Source of the DNA: an uncultured Chloroflexia bacterium
GTDB taxonomy: Bacteria; Chloroflexota; Limnocylindria; QHBO01
DNA length: 64,000 nucleotides
Direction of reading: 5' to 3'
Assembly: GCA_963828485.1 (NCBI GenBank)
Contig: CAWHEV010000010.1
Coordinates: 771,021-835,020 of the forward strand
Shown here: in pieces, positions 37,692 to 46,520 of the stretch
Layout: the number at the start of each line of letters is the position of its first letter
Numbering within the stretch: position 1 is the first letter of the stretch
The notes under the pieces: model-generated
Seen by the model: only the letters and a program-made list of their open reading frames with translations
What the model was told of the DNA's origin: nothing
The model's database searches: none
Program-made: the position numbers and the translations under genes

Positions 37692-37947
37692 GCGTCAACC
37701 GTATCGCCGATTCCCGACGGGCCGTGTCAGAAATGCGCGTCTACCTCGACGGGTCCTGATCAAGGGTCCACCGCGCCCACACGACGATTGCTCGTGCCAG
37801 TAACCAACGGGTAAGGAGCAAGGGCTCGATGGGCGGCAGGTACGACGCGAGAAATCGTCCGACCCATCTCGGGCCTGAATTGCCTCTCGTTGTCCGATGG
37901 ATACCAGCATCGCCAACTCCAGTTGACTGCGAACGGGCGCGCCGTAC

Positions 37948-37984
37948 TTGCATCCACGTAGAACTATACGTATACTCCTACTCA
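37948..37984 (+). promoter_or_regulatory. AT-rich promoter-like element with perfect palindrome TATACGTATA (candidate operator) upstream of EXLDI-like/ABC operon
   Basis: TTGCATccacGTAGaacTATACGTATACTcCTAC. -35-like TTGCAT, then 17 nt, then TATACT. The 10-bp palindrome is nested in the imperfect 24-bp GTAG..CTAC palindrome. AGGAG SD lies at ~38008. Confidence 0.4.
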
Positions 37985-38025
37985 TAGGTCTACATACCCG
38001 CCTGAGCAGGAGCTACGATGCACAC

Positions 38026-38547
38026 GTGCCGAACAGAACGATCTACGTATCAGACGACGACCAGGAGCTCTACGCCCGAGCCCAGGAGCTCTCAGGCGGC
38101 AATCTCTCGGGCGCCATCACGACTGCCCTGCGCCGCTTCGTCGACCTCGAAGAGGGGCGCAAGGCCGGCTTCGAGGAAGTTGTCGTCAAGATCGGCCTCG
38201 GCGCCGGCCGCAAGGTTCGCTTCTCCGGTGTCCTCCTCGGGGAGTGGTTCAGCTCCGAGGGCGAGAAGTTCGAGCACTTCCGCGTCTATCGCGGAAAGAT
38301 GGGCAAGTTCGCGCTCCACATCGAGAACACCGAGTACTTCGAGATGCGCGACTCGGAGGGCAACCCGCTCACCGGTTGGCGAGCCTGGACGGGCATCGGC
38401 ATGGTGTCGGGCGGCGGCAAGCCGGCCAACGCGACCCTGGACGTCTTCGAGACGCTCGAGGAGCTTCGCGACCACATCCCTGCCGAGCTCTTCAGACTGG
38501 TCACCATGTCAGTCAAGCAGCCCGGAGTCGAAGAGATCGACATCTGA
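38026..38547 (+). CDS. hypothetical protein, possibly EXLDI-family (C-terminal ..GVEEIDI), leading a DrrAB-type ABC operon
   Basis: VPNRTIYVSDDDQELYARAQELSGGNLSGAITTALRRFVDLEE...MSVKQPGVEEIDI. Proposed start is GTG 38026 (AGGAG SD 13 nt upstream). The track TTG at 37948 lies in the AT-rich promoter. Confidence 0.5.
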   Translation: MPNRTIYVSDDDQELYARAQELSGGNLSGAITTALRRFVDLEEGRKAGFEEVVVKIGLGAGRKVRFSGVLLGEWFSSEGEKFEHFRVYRGKMGKFALHIENTEYFEMRDSEGNPLTGWRAWTGIGMVSGGGKPANATLDVFETLEELRDHIPAELFRLVTMSVKQPGVEEIDI

Positions 38548-38580
38548 GTCTCACCTCGGCGGCGAGATGGGGGAACGGTC

Positions 38581-39528
38581 GTGACCGCTCCCGCGATCCA
38601 GGCCACCGGCCTGCGCAAGTCGTACGGCGACACCCTGGTCCTCGACGGCATCGACTTCGAGGTCGCCACCGGCTCGGTCTTCGCGCTGCTCGGCCCGAAC
38701 GGGGCCGGCAAGACGACGACCGTGCACATCCTCACCACGATGCTCACGCCCGACGCCGGGGACGTCCACGTCGGCGGACACGACCGGGCGACCGATCCGG
38801 AAGGCGTGCGCGCCTCGATCGGCGTGACGGGCCAGTTCTCGGCCGTCGACAACCTGCTGACCGGCGAGGAGAACCTGCTCCTCATGTCGGACCTCAACCA
38901 CCTGCCGCGCGAAGAAGGGCGGCGTCGCATCGCCGATCTCCTGGAGCGATTCGACCTCGTCGAGGCCGCCGGGCGGATGGTGGCCACCTACTCGGGCGGC
39001 ATGAAGCGGCGTCTCGACCTGGCCATGACGCTCGTCGGCGATCCGCGCATCGTCTTCCTCGACGAGCCGACGACGGGGCTCGACCCCCGCGGCCGCCGCA
39101 CGATGTGGGACATCGTCCGCGCCCTCGTCCGCGACGGGATCACGATCTTCCTGACCACGCAGTACCTCGAGGAGGCCGATGAGCTCGCGGGGCGCATCGC
39201 GCTCCTCGACGGCGGTCGGATCGTCGCCCAGGGCACGCCGGCCGAGCTGAAGCGGCTCGTCCCGGGCGGCCACATTCGCCTCGAGTTCGGCGATCCGCAG
39301 CAGCTCGAGCGTGCTGCCGAGCAGCTGGCGACGGCGCGTCGCGACCCGGACGCCCTCGCCCTCGACGTCCCGACCGATGGGGAGGTCTCCTCCCTTCGGG
39401 CTGTGCTGGATGGCCTGTCCGCAACCTCGATCGAGATCGCAGGTCTGTCCCTCCACACGCCCGACCTCGACGACGTCTTCCTCTCACTTACGGGTAAGAG
39501 CGCCCAAGGAAAGGTGGCCACAGAATGA
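38581..39528 (+). CDS. ABC transporter ATP-binding protein (DrrA-like)
   Basis: Walker A LLGPNGAGKTT, signature YSGGMKRRL, Walker B IVFLDEPTTGLD. Confidence 0.9.
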   Translation: MTAPAIQATGLRKSYGDTLVLDGIDFEVATGSVFALLGPNGAGKTTTVHILTTMLTPDAGDVHVGGHDRATDPEGVRASIGVTGQFSAVDNLLTGEENLLLMSDLNHLPREEGRRRIADLLERFDLVEAAGRMVATYSGGMKRRLDLAMTLVGDPRIVFLDEPTTGLDPRGRRTMWDIVRALVRDGITIFLTTQYLEEADELAGRIALLDGGRIVAQGTPAELKRLVPGGHIRLEFGDPQQLERAAEQLATARRDPDALALDVPTDGEVSSLRAVLDGLSATSIEIAGLSLHTPDLDDVFLSLTGKSAQGKVATE

Positions 39529-40319
39529 CCGGAGCCGCGTTTGCGCTCCAGGACACGGCGACGATGCTGCGTCGCAACTTGCTGCACGCCCGCCGATATC
39601 CCTCGCTGACCCTGCTGGTCGCCGCGATGCCGGTGGTCTTCTACCTGATCTTCGTGTTCGTCTTCGGGTCCACGCTCGGTGCCGGGCTGCCCGGATCCGA
39701 GGGCGGACGGGACGAGTACATCGCGTACCTGACGCCCGGCATCCTGATCATGACGGTCGCCAGCGGCGTGTCGTCGGTGGCGATCGTGATCGCGATGGAC
39801 AAGCACGAGGGCATCGTGCTCCGCTTCCGGACGATGTCGATCCCCCGCTCTTCGGTCCTTGCCGGTCACGTCATCAGCGGCATGCTCCAGACGATGTTCA
39901 GCATCCTGCTGGTCCTGGGCGTCGCGCTGCTCACCGGGTTCCGTCCGACGACCGGACCGATCGAGATCGCGGGAGCGATCGGCATGCTCGCGATCTGCAC
40001 GCTTGCGTTCACCTGGCTGGGCGTGCCGCTCGGCCTCGTCTCGAACAGCGTCGAGACCGCCAGCAACCTGCCTCTGCCCCTGTTGCTCCTTCCGTTCTTC
40101 GGAAGCGGCTTCGTTCCGCCCGAATCCATGCCCGAGCCGATCAGCTGGTTCGCGGCCTACCAGCCGTTCACGCCGATGATCGAGACGGTGCGCGGGCTGC
40201 TGCTGGGCACGCCCATCGGCTGGAGCGCGGTCATCGCGCTGGGCTGGTGCGCGTTCATCGGCCTGGGTGGATTCTTCTGGGCGATGCGTCTCTACGATCG
40301 CGACCCGGTCCCGGCCTGA
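39525..40319 (+). CDS. ABC-2 type transporter permease (DrrB-like)
   Basis: 6 TM. ATGA overlap with the upstream ATPase gene. MLRRNLLHARRYPSLTLLVAAMPVVFYLIFVFVFG. Confidence 0.85.
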   Translation: MTGAAFALQDTATMLRRNLLHARRYPSLTLLVAAMPVVFYLIFVFVFGSTLGAGLPGSEGGRDEYIAYLTPGILIMTVASGVSSVAIVIAMDKHEGIVLRFRTMSIPRSSVLAGHVISGMLQTMFSILLVLGVALLTGFRPTTGPIEIAGAIGMLAICTLAFTWLGVPLGLVSNSVETASNLPLPLLLLPFFGSGFVPPESMPEPISWFAAYQPFTPMIETVRGLLLGTPIGWSAVIALGWCAFIGLGGFFWAMRLYDRDPVPA

Positions 40320-40325
40320 CCCTGC

Positions 40326-40352
40326 GGCGCCCGGGCGATCAGTCCGGGCGCC
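40326..40352. terminator. GC-rich hairpin between convergent ABC permease and dinB-like genes (possible bidirectional terminator)
   Basis: GGCGCCCGG-gcgatcagt-CCGGGCGCC, a 9-bp perfect stem. Confidence 0.3.
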
Positions 40353-40851
40353 ACAGGTCGGGCTGCGGGAGGCCGTGGATGCCGAGCGTCAGTGACAGCT
40401 CGCCCCCATGCCAGGCCTCGTGGGTCAGCAGCCGCTGGAGGATCGAGCCGCGGCTGTGGACCTGGACCGTATCGGCGTAGCGGCGCTCGATCTCCTCGGT
40501 AAGCATCTCGGTCGTCCACCGGTCCAGGCAGCCGTCGACGATAGCAAAGGTCGAATCGAACGCACCGGCGAGCTCGGAGGCCGAGCGCGGCTGGTCGAGG
40601 TCGTCGGCCCAGTCGATGGTCGTCACACCGTCCCAGAAGGGGGTCGTGTCCGCGCCGGACTCGCCAACCACCTCGCACACCCAGTAGACGCGCATGGCGG
40701 CGGTGTGCCCCAGCGCGGCCCAGATCGGCAGGAGGTCGGGCGCCGGACGGATGGCAAGCTGCTCGTCGGTCATCGGCGCAACCAGCTCGCGCAGGCGTCG
40801 GTTGTACTGCGGCCACATGCTGTAGGCGGGTCGGATCGAGGAGGTCACGCG
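40339..40851 (-). CDS. DinB-family protein
   Basis: MRVTSSIRPAYSMWPQYNRRLRELVAPMTDEQLAIRPA..HTAAMRVYWV..THEAWHGGEL. The track extension to 41247 is unlikely to be coding. Confidence 0.75.
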   Translation of the reverse strand, partial: RVTSSIRPAYSMWPQYNRRLRELVAPMTDEQLAIRPAPDLLPIWAALGHTAAMRVYWVCEVVGESGADTTPFWDGVTTIDWADDLDQPRSASELAGAFDSTFAIVDGCLDRWTTEMLTEEIERRYADTVQVHSRGSILQRLLTHEAWHGGELSLTLGIHGLPQPDLWRPD

Positions 40852-40960
40852 CATCTCCTGGGCTCGTTGGGGATGCCACCACCCTAGCGTGGATTCCTGC
40901 CACGGGCTGTCAGCTACATAGGCGACGATGCGGTTGTCCTGATTCAAGGAGAGGCACCGC

Positions 40961-41896
40961 GTGAACGTCATCGACTGGCTGCTCGACTCGGACCCATCCA
41001 TCCGCTGGCAGGTGATGCGCGACCTGACCGATGCACCCGCCGGCGAGGTCGCCGCCGAACGCGCGAAGGTCGCGACCGAGGGCTGGGGCGCGCAGCTGCT
41101 CGCGCAACAGAAGCCGGAGGGCGGATGGGGCGGCGGATACAGCCCGGAGTGGACGTCGACCACGGCGACGCTCCAGCTGCTCCGCCACTTCGGCGTCGAT
41201 CCCACGGCCCCCGAGGTGCAGCGCGCCGTTGCCGGCGTTCGCGCCAACAGCCGCTGGGAGTACGACGACCTGCCCTACTTCGACGGGGAGGTCGAGCCGT
41301 GCATCAACGGCCAGGCGCTAGCGATCGGGTCGTACTTCGGCGAGGACGTGCGGGGCATCGTCGACCGGCTCCTGACCGAGCAGATGGCCGATGGCGGCTG
41401 GAACTGCGAGCAGGAGCGCGGTTCGACGCGCGGCTCGTTCGACACGAGCATCAACGTCCTCGAGGGCCTGCTCGAGCATGAGCGAGCCACCGGAGGCAAC
41501 CCCGACGTTGCGGCCGCACGCGAGCGCGGCCAGGAGTTCCTGCTCGAGCGACGCCTGCTGCGCCGCCTCTCCGACGGTGAGGTCGGCGACCGGAAGTGGC
41601 TCTACCTCACGTTCCCGACCGGGTGGCACTACAACGTCCTGCGGGCCCTCGATCACATGCGCGACGCTGGCGTCACGCCCGACGAGCGGGTCAACGAGGC
41701 GCTCGAGCTCGTCGAGTCGAAGCGCGACGCCGATGGCCGATGGCCGCTGGAGCACGCCCTGTACGACGAGCTGCCGGTGGATCTCGGCCAGGAGGTGGAC
41801 GGCCCGAATCGATTCATCACGCTGCGCGCACTGCGCGTGCTCCGCTGGGCCGGTCGTCCGGCGGAGTCTCTCGAACCGACCGCCACCTCGGCATGA
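40961..41896 (+). CDS. alpha/alpha-toroid repeat protein (prenyltransferase/squalene-oxidase-type repeats)
   Basis: Three DGGW-type repeats: QQKPEGGWGGGY, EQMADGGWNCEQE, KRDADGRWPLEH. Confidence 0.5.
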   Translation: MNVIDWLLDSDPSIRWQVMRDLTDAPAGEVAAERAKVATEGWGAQLLAQQKPEGGWGGGYSPEWTSTTATLQLLRHFGVDPTAPEVQRAVAGVRANSRWEYDDLPYFDGEVEPCINGQALAIGSYFGEDVRGIVDRLLTEQMADGGWNCEQERGSTRGSFDTSINVLEGLLEHERATGGNPDVAAARERGQEFLLERRLLRRLSDGEVGDRKWLYLTFPTGWHYNVLRALDHMRDAGVTPDERVNEALELVESKRDADGRWPLEHALYDELPVDLGQEVDGPNRFITLRALRVLRWAGRPAESLEPTATSA

Positions 41897-42507
41897 CCGA
41901 GGGCATCACCGTCGTTCCCGCCAGCGAGGCGCCGTGGAGAGACCTCGAAGCGGTGTTCGGCACACGCGGGTCGGCGCCGATCTGCTGGTGCCAGCGCTAC
42001 AAGCTCGCCCCGAGGGAAGCGTTTTCCAGGTTCCCGTCCAGCGAGCGCGCCTCGCGCCTGCGCGACCAGACCGACCCCGGCAATCCCGTGGCCAAGCGCA
42101 CCACGGGCCTGATCGCCTACCTCGACGCCGAGCCGGTCGGATGGTGCGCCGTCGAACCCCGCACCGCATACCCGGCTCTCCTTCGCGTCTATCGGACGCC
42201 GTGGGAGGGCCGCAACGAGGACAAGACCGACGAGACCGTCTGGGCCGTGACCTGTGTCTTCGTCCGCGCCGGTTTCCGCAAGCGCGGGATCGCCTATGCA
42301 CTCGCCGACGCCGCCGTCGCACACGCGAGGGCCCGTGGAGCGCGCGCGCTCGAGGCTTACCCGATGCGCACCGAAATCGGCGAAGTGACGTGGGACGAGA
42401 TCCACGTCGGGGCACAGCAGATATTCGATGCGGCGGGGATGAGCGAGGTCAGCCGACCAGGGATCCGCCGCCTCGTGATGCGGATCGACTTCCAGGAGCG
42501 ACCGTGA
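41893..42507 (+). CDS. GNAT family N-acetyltransferase
   Basis: VGWCAVEPRTAYP..VWAVTCVFVRAGFRKRGIAYALADAAVAHARARGARALEAYP. ATGA overlap with the upstream gene. Confidence 0.7.
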   Translation: MTEGITVVPASEAPWRDLEAVFGTRGSAPICWCQRYKLAPREAFSRFPSSERASRLRDQTDPGNPVAKRTTGLIAYLDAEPVGWCAVEPRTAYPALLRVYRTPWEGRNEDKTDETVWAVTCVFVRAGFRKRGIAYALADAAVAHARARGARALEAYPMRTEIGEVTWDEIHVGAQQIFDAAGMSEVSRPGIRRLVMRIDFQERP

Positions 42508-42509
42508 AA

Positions 42510-42914
42510 TCACCCATTGAGGAGCTCGTCCCAGTTCGGAGGAACGCGACCTTCAGGTCCGGGGACAGGCTGCTCCTCGGGATGATGATGCGGGGCCGCC
42601 AGCAGCGGTCCGTCGACGTACTCGTCGGTGCGGTAGTCGTAGAACCACTCTTCACCGGGCTCGAACGACTGGATGACCGGGTGTGACGAGTCGGCCCTGT
42701 GGCGAGTCGCGTGCTGTGACGGGGACTGGTCGCAGCAGCCGACGTGGCCACATTGCGCACAGCGACGCAGGTGGAACCACCATCCGTCGCTCGCGGCACA
42801 CTCGACACACCCCTCCCCGCTCGGCGGCACCGAGGGGTCGATCGCGTCGAAGGATGGCGCCTGGTCTGTCACATGCGATACCTCGATGGCCTGACGCAAC
42901 CACTGTAGCCGCAC
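42510..42914 (-). CDS. UBP-type zinc-finger domain protein
   Basis: CVECAASDGWWFHLRRCAQCGHVGCCDQSPSQHATRHRADSSHPVI..WFYDY is a zf-UBP Cys/His ligand pattern. Confidence 0.7.
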   Translation of the reverse strand: MRLQWLRQAIEVSHVTDQAPSFDAIDPSVPPSGEGCVECAASDGWWFHLRRCAQCGHVGCCDQSPSQHATRHRADSSHPVIQSFEPGEEWFYDYRTDEYVDGPLLAAPHHHPEEQPVPGPEGRVPPNWDELLNG

Positions 42915-42948
42915 GGCCGGCAGCCCCTAACAGCATCTGAGGAGCACC

Positions 42949-43674
42949 ATGGCTGACAATTCCGCACCGATCATTCTCGTCCCCGGGTTCTGGCTCGGGG
43001 CGTGGGCCTGGGACGACGTCGCCGCCGCGCTCCGTGCCGATGGCCACGACGTCACGGCGATCACGCTACCCGGTCTCGAGTCGAAGGACGCTGATCGCTC
43101 GTCGGTCAGCTTCACAGACCATGTCGACGCGATCGTGAGCGCCGTCGAGGCGGCCGCTTCGCCCGTGGTGCTCGCCGTGCACAGCGCGACCGGGTTCTCC
43201 GGATATGCCGCGTCCGACCGCGTGCCCGAGCGGATCGCCGCAATGGTCTATGTCGACACCGCTCCGGGGATCGGACCAGTCGACGCCGACTTCACTGACG
43301 ATGACAAGCCGATGGTGTGGGCGGAGATCGAGGAGGAAGAGAACCTCGACGGGATCAGCGACGAGCAGAAGGAGACGTTCCGCCAGCGGGCCGTGCCGGA
43401 GCCCGGCGGCGTCATGCGCGGCAGCGTCGAGCTGACGAACGAGGCGCGGCGCGACATCCCCAGCACCCTCATCTGCACGGGCTTCAGCGCCGAGCAGTAC
43501 CAGACCTACGCCCGCGAGCATCCGGACTGGGCGTTCCTGAAGGGCATCCCCGAGCTTCGCAACACCACCTGGGTCGACCTGCCGACGAGCCACTGGCCGA
43601 TGTGGTCGCGCCCGACCGAGCTCGCCCAGATCATCGGCGACGTTGCGAGGACGACCGCCACCGCGAGCCGCTGA
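42949..43674 (+). CDS. alpha/beta hydrolase
   Basis: PIILVPGFWLGAWAWDDVAAALRADGHDV..LAVHSATGFSGY. Confidence 0.75.
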   Translation: MADNSAPIILVPGFWLGAWAWDDVAAALRADGHDVTAITLPGLESKDADRSSVSFTDHVDAIVSAVEAAASPVVLAVHSATGFSGYAASDRVPERIAAMVYVDTAPGIGPVDADFTDDDKPMVWAEIEEEENLDGISDEQKETFRQRAVPEPGGVMRGSVELTNEARRDIPSTLICTGFSAEQYQTYAREHPDWAFLKGIPELRNTTWVDLPTSHWPMWSRPTELAQIIGDVARTTATASR

Positions 43675-43690
43675 CTGCCGGCGCGGAGCC

Positions 43691-44173
43691 TCAGTCGCTG
43701 CCGGTCCGAGGCTCGAGCACGACGACGGCGGTTTCGGACGGACGCCGGCTGGCGTAGCCCTCGACATCGTCGCCATGCTCTTGCCACCGTGCCCAGAGTC
43801 GTTCTCGCTCCTCGCCGACGGCGGCGCGCCCGCGGACCGGCAGCGAACGATCCGGCAGCTCGAGCGTCGCCTCGGGGTGGGCCTGCAGGTTGAGCCACCA
43901 CGCGGGCTCGGGTGCTGCCCAGCCGTTCATCGCGAGCGTGATGAGGTTCGGACCGTCCTCGTAGTAGCCGAGGATCGCGGTCCGCGTCCGTCCCGAGCGT
44001 CGGCCGGTCGTGTGCAGGCGCATCGTCCCCCACTTTCCGGGCTTCGCCGGCCACAGGCCGAAACGGCCCGGGGTGAGCCGGTAGATCGACCGGTGGACGA
44101 CCCACGCGGAGCGAACGAACCAGCGGGGAGGGACGCGCGGGGCATGCTCGGAAGCCACTTGGATCTCCTTCAT
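43691..44173 (-). CDS. deazaflavin (F420)-dependent nitroreductase-family protein (DDN-like)
   Basis: MKEIQ..RLHTTGRRSGRTRTAILGYYEDGPNLITLAMNGWAAPEPAWWLNLQAHPEATLEL. ATGA-coupled to the upstream HAAS-protein stop. Confidence 0.75.
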   Translation of the reverse strand: MKEIQVASEHAPRVPPRWFVRSAWVVHRSIYRLTPGRFGLWPAKPGKWGTMRLHTTGRRSGRTRTAILGYYEDGPNLITLAMNGWAAPEPAWWLNLQAHPEATLELPDRSLPVRGRAAVGEERERLWARWQEHGDDVEGYASRRPSETAVVVLEPRTGSD

Positions 44174-45180
44174 CGTGCTGCCTGGCCGGGCTCGCCCAGG
44201 GCGGCCGCGCCGGCGTTGGCACGGCGCGCTCTGCGGAAGCCATCGTAGATCTCCCACCCGGTAACCATGGCGGTCCCGGCGGCCACCCCAAGCATCACCA
44301 AGCCGTCGCCCTCGGCCAGCGGCGGCCACCCGAGCGCGTCGGCGAATGCCGGGTTGATCAGGGTCCCGGTCAGCGCCAGGTAGATGACCGGGATCGAAAA
44401 CCCGAGCTGGAGCAGCGCGAAGACGATGGCGAACGGGATCGTCCATCGGCCGACCAGGAAGATCACGACCTGCAGCCCGGCCAGCAGGATCAGGAAACCG
44501 ATCAGCACCGGCATCCAGAAGCTCCAGATCTCGGGGTTGAAGAGCGGGATGACATCGCCGGCCGCATCGGTGAACCAGGCGGCGCCGGTGAGGAACAGGA
44601 TGCCGCCGATGGTGAAGAGCGTGGTGACGAGCTCGCCGACCAGCTCGCCCGCGGTGATCCGCCCTGTCGGCAGTTCCGGCAGCTGATCCACCGTCCACCG
44701 GTCGGCAGCCTTGGTGAGCTCATCCCGTGCTTCCTTCGCGGCATCGACTCGCTCCACGAGGGCGAACGTCATCGTCACCCAGAAGAAGATGTGCAGGCCC
44801 ACCGTCCAGGCGCCCGCGATCCCCGCGACGATCGCGCCGAACCAGGCCTCGCCCTCGGAGACCTGGACCACAACCTGGATCACGCCGACGATCGGCAGGA
44901 CGATGCTGAGAAGCAGTACCAGGAGCTGCCGGTACTGGACGAAGAGGTCGGGACCGATCAGGTAGAGCGGACGCCCGGTGATTCCGGCTGCCAGCCGGGT
45001 CGGGTCACCGAGACCTTCGAGGACGGCCTTCTCCGCATCGGCCTGGTCCTCACCGGCACTGGTGCGGTCCTCGATCGCGTCGGCAATCGAGGAGCGGAGC
45101 TCGCGCTCCACATCGGTGCGCTTGGCTTCCGGGATACCTCGCAGTGCAGCGGCGAGGTATCGCTCGGTGAGCGGGGTCAT
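44170..45180 (-). CDS. PadR-associated HAAS/DUF1700-type membrane protein
   Basis: MTPLTERYLAAALRGIPEAKRTDVERELRSSIADAIEDR..AEKAVLEGLGDPTRLAAG, then about 6 TM. Overlaps the padR stop (ATGA). Confidence 0.75.
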   Translation of the reverse strand: MTPLTERYLAAALRGIPEAKRTDVERELRSSIADAIEDRTSAGEDQADAEKAVLEGLGDPTRLAAGITGRPLYLIGPDLFVQYRQLLVLLLSIVLPIVGVIQVVVQVSEGEAWFGAIVAGIAGAWTVGLHIFFWVTMTFALVERVDAAKEARDELTKAADRWTVDQLPELPTGRITAGELVGELVTTLFTIGGILFLTGAAWFTDAAGDVIPLFNPEIWSFWMPVLIGFLILLAGLQVVIFLVGRWTIPFAIVFALLQLGFSIPVIYLALTGTLINPAFADALGWPPLAEGDGLVMLGVAAGTAMVTGWEIYDGFRRARRANAGAAALGEPGQAAR

Positions 45181-45518
45181 CGGTCGGGTCCTCCATTCAG
45201 GGCGTGCAGCGACGCCGTCAGATCGGTCATGTCGGTCATCAGTCGGGCCGCAAGGTCTGTGCCGCTCGGGCTGGTCCGGTAGAACTTCCGCGGTCGCGTG
45301 TCGTCCGTGTTCCACTCGCTCGTGAGGAGCCCGCGCTCCTCGAGCCGCCGCAGCAACGGGTAGATCGTGTTCGCGTCGCTCGGGATGCCCGCGGAGCCGA
45401 GGCGCTTCAGCAGCGCGTACCCGTACTCCGGGGCCCGCAGCGCGAGGAGGCACGCCAGCACCACGGTGCCGCGGCGCAGCTCCTGCCTGTGGGTCCCCAG
45501 CAGCTCGTCATCTACCAT
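45177..45518 (-). CDS. PadR family transcriptional regulator
   Basis: LRRGTVVLACLLALRAPEYGYALLKRLGSAGIPSDANTIYPLLRRLEERGLL. Confidence 0.85.
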   Translation of the reverse strand: MVDDELLGTHRQELRRGTVVLACLLALRAPEYGYALLKRLGSAGIPSDANTIYPLLRRLEERGLLTSEWNTDDTRPRKFYRTSPSGTDLAARLMTDMTDLTASLHALNGGPDR

Positions 45519-45529
45519 GTGCGGCACAT

Positions 45530-45548
45530 TACTGTGTGTCGCACAGTA
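45530..45548. promoter_or_regulatory. candidate PadR operator palindrome 12 nt upstream of padR start
   Basis: TACTGTG-tgtcg-CACAGTA with 7-bp perfect arms, inside acaTTACTGTGTGTCGCACAGTATTgtcaag. Relatively AT-rich. Confidence 0.45.
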
Positions 45549-45660
45549 TTGTCAAGAACCCAGTAATGCGAGCCGCGGCTTCCGTGGGCGTGGCCGATGA
45601 GTCGTGAGGCCGCCGCCAGTCTGGGTAGCATCAACACCGCGACGACACGAGGACAGCACC

Positions 45661-46509
45661 GTGACGACCACCTGGACGACCGAGGCTGAGGGCGCCGGCA
45701 CCTTTGCCGAGGTGAACGGCCTCAATCTCTATTACGAGACCCACGGATCCGGCCGTCCGATCGTCCTGCTGCACGGCGGGCTCGGGTCCGGCGAGATGTT
45801 CGGGCCGGTCATCGGTGCGCTCGCGGCAAACCACCAGGTGATCGTCCCCGACCTCCAGGGCCACGGACGCACCGCCGACATCGACCGACCGATCGACATC
45901 CGGCTCATGGCGGACGACGTCGCGGCGCTCATCGACCATCTCGGGCTCGAGACCGCCGACGTGGCCGGCTACTCGCTCGGAGGCGGCACCGCGTTCTTCA
46001 CGGCCGTCAAGCACCCGACCAAGGTACGCAAGCTGGTGGCGGCATCGATCTACTTCCGGTGGGATGCCATCGATCCGGCCCTGCTGGCCCAGCAGGGCCA
46101 GGTGAACGCGGCCGCAGCCGAGTTCATGAAGGACACCCCGATGTGGGAGACCTACCAGCGCCTCGCGCCACGACCGGAGGACTTCGGCCGGCTGCTCGAC
46201 AAGATCGGGGCGTCCATGGTCGACAAGTTCGACTACACCGAGGAGCTCCGCGGCATCGGCGTCCCCACCATGCTGGTCAGCGCCGACGCCGACATGGCGC
46301 CGCCGTCCCACTCGGTCGAGGCCTTCAAGCTGCTCGACGGCGGACTGCGCGATGGTGGCTGGATGGGCGAGAACCGGCCGAAGGGCGGACACGCCCTGGC
46401 GATTCTTCCCGGCCTCACCCACTACGACATCTTCGCCTCGCCGCTCTTCGCCGCGGTGACAGCGGCGTTCCTCGACCATGAGCCGCCCACCGCCGATGCG
46501 CAGAGCTGA
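45661..46509 (+). CDS. alpha/beta hydrolase
   Basis: IVLLHGGLGSGEMFGP..VAGYSLGGGTAFFTAV..LPGLTHYD. GTG start after a GAGGA SD. Confidence 0.75.
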   Translation: MTTTWTTEAEGAGTFAEVNGLNLYYETHGSGRPIVLLHGGLGSGEMFGPVIGALAANHQVIVPDLQGHGRTADIDRPIDIRLMADDVAALIDHLGLETADVAGYSLGGGTAFFTAVKHPTKVRKLVAASIYFRWDAIDPALLAQQGQVNAAAAEFMKDTPMWETYQRLAPRPEDFGRLLDKIGASMVDKFDYTEELRGIGVPTMLVSADADMAPPSHSVEAFKLLDGGLRDGGWMGENRPKGGHALAILPGLTHYDIFASPLFAAVTAAFLDHEPPTADAQS

Positions 46510-46520
46510 AGGGATCCGAG

